The translations under genes and the position numbers were made by a program. Below are positions 58,190 through 64,000 of a stretch of DNA of 64,000 nucleotides, in pieces (the stretch's first letter is position 1; each line of letters begins with the position of its first letter). Source of the stretch: Phoronis australis (taxonomy: Eukaryota; Animalia; Phoronida); the NCBI GenBank assembly GCA_002633005.1, contig NMRA01000065.1, positions 544,648 to 608,647 on the forward strand. Direction: 5' to 3'. The notes below the pieces were generated by a model. It searched no databases. It was not told where the DNA came from and worked only from the letters and a program-made list of their open reading frames with translations.

Positions 58190-59749
58190 GTAATTAGTTA
58201 AATTACGAAAATTAAAATTAAGTGTAAAATATATCTGGGATAACCAACGAACCTTATTTTTGCTAAAAATGACATGAAAAAATGTTGCCTTCGCCTTTAA
58301 ATCTCTTCAGATTTATAAATAAAATTCTTTTTAAGACTCAGGATCATGGTGGAAACTCTTTAAGAAGTCTGTTAAAACTCACATGTTTCCGATTTCATAA
58401 AATTAAAAGCAGTTTAGCGTATTTGAATGCATGCTTTTGAAATGCACTGCTTACGTTACAGTGGTCAGAAGCTTTCAGTTTCACATGGCCAATTAAAAAC
58501 AAAAGTGATTGTTGCTATGACCCATTTATATGCGTGAGCGGCGCTTAAGAGTATCTCGCGCAGACTGTGCTATCTATCACATGAAGAGTCTCCTTATACG
58601 TCAAATGACACCTCATTGACTGCCGAAGTCCTCGGGATGAGGACCCAACGTAGCCAACTCAAATCCGTAAGCCTAGTATTTGACTTATTTTTCTCTACAT
58701 TATCTACTCAATTGGATGACTGACAGCATTCATCATATTGTGATTCTCGTCACTTGCGTGAGAGATTTTAGCATTAAAGATTATTCACAGAATTATTAGT
58801 GGCAAATATTTAATCTAACGCCGCTAAAGTTACGAAACGAAATGTAACACAAAACGCTACTTTTGAAAACAGAAAGAAAACATTGGGTTCCCGAGAACCC
58901 TTTAGTGTCATCAGGGTGAACTGCTCTCCTTGAGTCTGCACAAAAATAATATCCAATCATGTCCACAGCTATGTACCAGGGCTGGGTTGCGTAAAACTGG
59001 TCTGCTGGATGAGTCAGGTTGTTATATGACGTCTGTTCAACAATGGCAACGCGATGCGTCATAATATGACGTCATTGGCACAAATCAAGGTATAACTTTT
59101 ATGCAGTCGGACCCTGCAATGTTCTTTTCTACGTATCATTTGTCTGCATTGTGAAGGTTAACATAGCACAAATCAAGAAAACCTATTGCACATTGCGTGT
59201 CACATGGGTCACGATACATTTTTGGACTTAAAACTTTTACAGTGCAAAACGAAACGACCTACCAAGACTGTGAAAACGTATACGTAAAGTGGCAATACTC
59301 ATAGCTGATAAATTTTTCAAATGAATGGCAATAGTTAATAGACTGTTCCTTCAGCCAAATATCTACAACAACATGGCATGTAATTATATAAAAAATACGA
59401 AGAAAGCCTTCAAAGTTTGTTTTTTAACCTTAGACCAATATTTCATTGTTGGATCACGTGACCAATTATTATTTTTATCAAAGTTTGCGAAAAGGAAGGT
59501 GCATTCGTTGCAAAACAACAGCATCAACGTACGTAGCCAAATTCTATTTGATAGCAATCTTCAACGCAATCATCTCAAAAACTCTGTTAAAGTAAATAAT
59601 CAATTCATATTCGTCTCATACGACTTTTGGTTTTATAAAAAATCACAAAAGTCTTATTTTTGGTAACTCTTCTTGCAAAAGTGGATCATTTTAAAAACAT
59701 TTCCTAATAGCTTTAGAAACACTGAATAAAGTGTAGCTCCTGAAAGTTT

Positions 59750-59845
59750 CATTTGAGTACGACCAGACATTTGAGTACGACCAGACATTTGACTACGACC
59801 AGACGTTTTTTCTTCGACCAGACATTTGACTACGACCAGACATTT
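59750..59845. repeat. 18-bp tandem repeat x~5
   Basis: Unit catttga(g/c)tacgaccaga. Confidence 0.85.
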
Positions 59846-62738
59846 CGGAGATATGATGTTCCGAGGTCAGACAAAGTTGGACATTTTCTAGAATCTTACA
59901 CAACCAGAAGAGTTGCAAAGGTTCATTTTCAAGATCACTGGTCATATCCCGCAATCCGGATACACAGCTAAGTGTAAGAGGCTTAGCAACTTCTAAGCTG
60001 ATAAAACAGAGTTAATCACTACAATTACGTGGTATGGCTAGGCTAGCCACTAATCATGGACACTGTCTCTCACCCGTCAACTCCAGCAGCCACCCGGTTT
60101 TCATTATAATAATTATTCTAGTGACCTTGCAGGTTAGTCTGTGAACGGTCACACGAACTTACGCAAGAACTTAAGATTCTTAGTGGAACGGCCAATTGGT
60201 CCAAGAAACTTATATTTATTTATTTCAAGTGTTCAAGGCAATATTCATTTCTCACACGAATTCACCATTATGTTTGAAAACGAGACGTTGTGTTGAAACT
60301 AAAGTAGTTCTGGTATTTGGAACAGGCGCGCTTTCACATTTGCGTTGTTAAAATTGATGCCAAAACGAGACATTGTGTCCTAAACAATAATGCACAACAA
60401 TCATTTCTCCAGAGCCACCAAAAGAGTGCTAGTAGATAGCCAACCATAGTTACAGTCAAATGCAACTGTAATACTGTTGCCGTTAGGTTCAAACCACATC
60501 GATGTACAGTAGAGTCCTTTCACGTGGTGTCGCGCACATGGCCAAATCACGCAGTAAGCGCGTGAGTCTGCGAGAGATGCAAGCAAACTGCATTGCAAAC
60601 ATGACTTGCGATAACAGCCACTTTTGTTAACAGGAAGTTGCTATGTCTCATTAAAGCCGTGAATATTTGAATTTTGAACAAGCGCCACTCAGCCAGCTCG
60701 ATAACTGTATGTATTAGAATAATCATTAAAGGAAACATTTTGTAAATGAATTGTGATATTAAAGAAAACACCTCAACTGGTACACTTAAAACCAGTGTGA
60801 TCATATAAATACCCTAGTAATTCCAAATATTACGAAATCGTTTTTTGATTGTGAAATTAACAGATAATAAAACTATACCTTGTTTCATTTGGACAACGAC
60901 AATGCTGTGTGGGATTCCCGTGTCGTCCTTAGAAATGTGGAAAAGAAGTGTGTGCAAATCGTATAATGCCAGTTCACTGTCTGCTGCTGCAGTCGGAATT
61001 TGAGTTGGCGCCATGCACTTAAGACGTGAGGCTCCAAATAAACTTATTTGCCTTCTTTACTACAATGTATCTTGGTTGGCATCGAGTCTTCGTTCGCCAT
61101 TATTAAACATTACCCTCATCATTTACATATTAAAATAGTTCCACAAAGCGAGATTGTAATGGCAACTGGTTCTCGGATGGTTTCCGGCACACTGAGGACC
61201 CGGGATTGTTTGTAAATCAGTACTTCATTTGCATATTCTAAATTTGATGAGATTGTGCATCTGTAAGGATAGTGCTGGATTAATCGTAGTAATCCAAGCC
61301 TGCTTGAAATAGATCAATATTAGATTTAGCAACCTGATGACCGTTCTACTAAAAATCTTACTTGTTTTGCGCACTTTTACGTAACTATTAACAGCAGGAA
61401 GAGATAACCACTCTCTTCCTGTTAACGGTGATCTACCGCCGCTACTAGATGCAGCTGTCACAGTTGTAGTCTAAGGACTTTCGCCAACCATTAAACTCAT
61501 ACCCTCTCTTTTAACAGAGTTGGCGTTAGTTCTCGAAAAAAAAAATGTCGCCGTAGTTAAAGTATTTTTACAGAAGCCTATAAATTAATCTGACATGACC
61601 CTCTGAGAAGTTTATCTGATTTACATCGTCAAAATTGTAAAGCTTATTGGAGTTATTTGATACATAAGCAATTGTCCACCTTCGTCGGTGTAAATCTACA
61701 AATATTGTATGACGAGAAAACCTTAATAAATGCTCTTGGCAATTCTAATATTAAAAACAAAACTTGCATGAGCCAAATGGCCAAATGTGCCATTTCTTTG
61801 CGACGAGTTCAACTACTTTGCAAATCTTGACTCGCCATTTGGATTTTCGATGTTTTTGGCAATGTTTTTCTTTAGCGCCCGGGTGGATTGGTTAAAATAC
61901 GCGTATTTAACAGGTTATGACCGAGGGGAAAGCATGGCTTAGAATTTTTATTTACCGTCACACAACGCTATCAACAGATTGGACTTGTATGAAAAAAGTA
62001 AAAGGTTGCATTGAGACGACAAGGAAATGATAATTTAGAGAACAGTTAAAGGTTTTTCTATACATGTATTTCATCTTGAGCATTTATATTAGACTAAGTT
62101 ATACCGCTAAATTTTATTAAAAAGAAAAGTTCACGTAACCCAATTAAAGACAGGCTGATGAAAAGTCAAGAACGCGTTGTACAAGCTTTCTGTTTTCAGG
62201 AATAACTTAAAATCAGAAGTTTTGTGGATATTTGGCTAAATAAAGACTTGTTGATAAAGTCTCACAAAATCTTAAAAAGAGACTTTGATTGGTACATGTA
62301 CTACCCGGTATTTCCTTAGCATGAGGGTAAATCGAACTGTTTTTGCAATGGTAGAGCATAGAGCGAGAGAGTCCAAGTTAGTTTGTGTGACGTTCGCACA
62401 CATCCTTCAACACATGGCTACAGGTTAATGTGAAGCGGACTAATTCCTATTATTTGAACTGATTTACTCCTTAAAAGTTGGCAAATAATTCTGAGTGCCT
62501 TTATGTTTTATTACTGTGACTGTTGGTGCAAGTAGTGGACACTCAAGGGCTTATAGTTTCATGCTGGGAACTCTCTCAGTACGACACTGCTCACCGATGG
62601 ACCGATTTCGAAGGCAGTTCCACGTTACATGGACGGAGAGGTATATTTTCGTTTACAAACAGACCTTTCCAAATATGATAGAAACACAAGATACGTGAAA
62701 AATAAAAAAACGACTATGTATGCCCCCTCCAGTATTAC

Positions 62739-62830
62739 AACAGGCACCTTTAATCAGCCGCTCGTATGATACTGTAGTAAATATATTTCTTGTAGTATAT
62801 TACGGCGAGCGGCTGATGAGAGTGCCTGTG
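62739..62830. mobile_element. Degraded hairpin MITE related to 17237-17328
   Basis: acaggcac..atcagccgctcg ... cgagcggctgat..gtgcctgtg; partial flank duplication gtatt. Confidence 0.6.
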
Positions 62831-63329
62831 GTATTGTCAGGTCCGTAGCTAGGATTACACAAGGGGTGGTTCGAATTTCTAAAACAGTGAAAATTTTGAT
62901 TATCTTTCGTAAAAATTGTCATGGATTCTGTACCTTTTTCGGCAGCTACCCTAAGGAGCTAAACAGTGGGCGACGTAATTAATTTTCAATACAATACTGT
63001 CAAAAAATTCAAACGCCACAAGTATAGTTAACTCAGTGCAGATGTTGCAAGTTCCTTTTTCAGTGCAACATTGCGCCTTGAGAGGACGAGATACACATCA
63101 GGTTAACTACGTTTCCAAATTTTATCTTGCTGGGATTTATCTTCTCAAAACGTTGTCAGTAATTAACTCCTTGTTGTTGTGAACATGTATCAGCCCCAAT
63201 ATGACAATTTATCTGAGACTCGTCTCATATCTGCTCGCATGCACGTGAAAACATCGCGCCTTGGCGCACAACAACTACGGGACACATCAGTGGATTTTTT
63301 CTACAGATTCGAGATATTTGTTTATATAT

Positions 63330-63890
63330 ACTTCATTTAGGATCTGTTCTCTCTTTGGGATGCTCATCGAAGTGTAAGCAACATATTTTGTTGGCAAGGT
63401 GCTTCAACCTCATTTCTAGTATCCAGAACAGGCTATCAGTCGACGTTGTCAATGTCCGCAACAATGTGTGTGTGAGGCAAAAAGATAGCATTCGTGCTGG
63501 ATTACTTGCACGCCAACGGTGCCTCCACTCACAATTCCCACGCTATCGTATCCTTTCCCTTCTCAGTTGGCAATGTCGATACCGAGCCTATTCAAGGTGC
63601 CGGCCCACAACGCAATCAGCTACATGTTTTCCCGTTATCCGCGCAAAACTACAAAAACTCATTTTAAGCAACTCCTCAGGAATTTTGCAGTTGGCAACTT
63701 GCTAGTCGTATCGGCAAGAGCATGAATTCGTCGTTGTTGGCTGTAATCTCGTCAGAATTACGGAATAAGATTTCAGTGCATATATTATTTCCCTTACACT
63801 GTCGGCTTGTTTAAGAGGATACCAAACGCGGTTTTGTCTTATTTTAAAACAGTTCTCTGAAACAAAATAATGCTCTGTAACCATCGACAA
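63330..63890 (-). mobile_element. hAT transposase relic (ZMYM1/THAP12-like)
   Basis: Broken minus-strand frames: YSVI..DE, ITGKHVAD..LGIDIAN..GKGYDSVGIVSGGTVGVQ, THCCGH, matching hAT GQGYDGA.NMSG...GVQ / HC.AH.LNL. Confidence 0.6.
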
Positions 63891-64000
63891 CCCTCAAATA
63901 TTGGAGAAAAAATTGAAAACTCCTTTCAAAGTCTATTAAACGAGCAAGCGTAAACTACGCATTTAACGAATTACACGGCAACTGTGGGAAGAGAACACCC

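Larger units (their letters stand above)
50217..58296 (+). mobile_element. Inner Kolobok element (~1.45 kb of its own sequence), interrupted by a LINE and an Ngaro fragment
   Basis: TTAA TSD at 50213-50216 and 58297-58300; AGG...CCT ends; ~155-bp TIR (left 50217-50370; right 56465-56520 + 58200-58296). THAP transposase stub on + (50482-50665 + 55613-56061) converges on a KolX-like stub on - (56075-56296, MFEPEY). Confidence 0.9.
49181..58359 (-). mobile_element. Outer Kolobok-type element (host of the nest)
   Basis: TTAA at 49177-49180 and 58360-58363; 15-bp TIR agagtttccaccatg / catggtggaaactct (one extra A on the left). THAP relic on minus from 50054: MKRCVCGGCN..SL/FEFPKD..QKWHRFVRRTR. 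Confidence 0.65.

Noticed and set aside
58900-59000. RING-like fragment on minus (VLRNPALVHSCGH..FCAD)
   Set aside because: Needs a frameshift and lacks the other Cys ligands; insufficient evidence.

Overview
Eukaryotic, AT-rich, intron-containing and repeat-dense DNA, most consistent with an invertebrate animal; two assembly gaps. Three host genes: (i) a single-exon NAT8/camello-type GNAT acetyltransferase (minus, ~1.8-2.5 kb) whose last strand appears cut off by an in-frame TAA; (ii) a 12-coding-exon SLC49A4/DIRC2-like MFS transporter (plus, 17909-34811, 491 aa as reconstructed by hand) that carries two intact, ~60%-identical copies of exon 4, which the reading frame forces to be mutually exclusive, plus a GC-AG intron; (iii) an intronless LRR-Ig-TM receptor (minus, 44311-46560) with an IRF/NF-kB-like motif cluster upstream. 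The rest is mostly transposon material. The highlight is a four-layer nest at 49.2-58.4 kb: a Kolobok inside a probable Kolobok, whose THAP gene is split by a near-intact CR1/L2-group LINE carrying a 2A (DIExNPGP) peptide, and whose right TIR is split by a 5'-truncated Ngaro/DIRS fragment flanked by a 10-bp TSD. There are also further Kolobok, Academ-like, Sola-like, hAT and LINE relics, several MITEs with TSDs, and minisatellites. All family assignments come from motif recognition by eye, not database searches.
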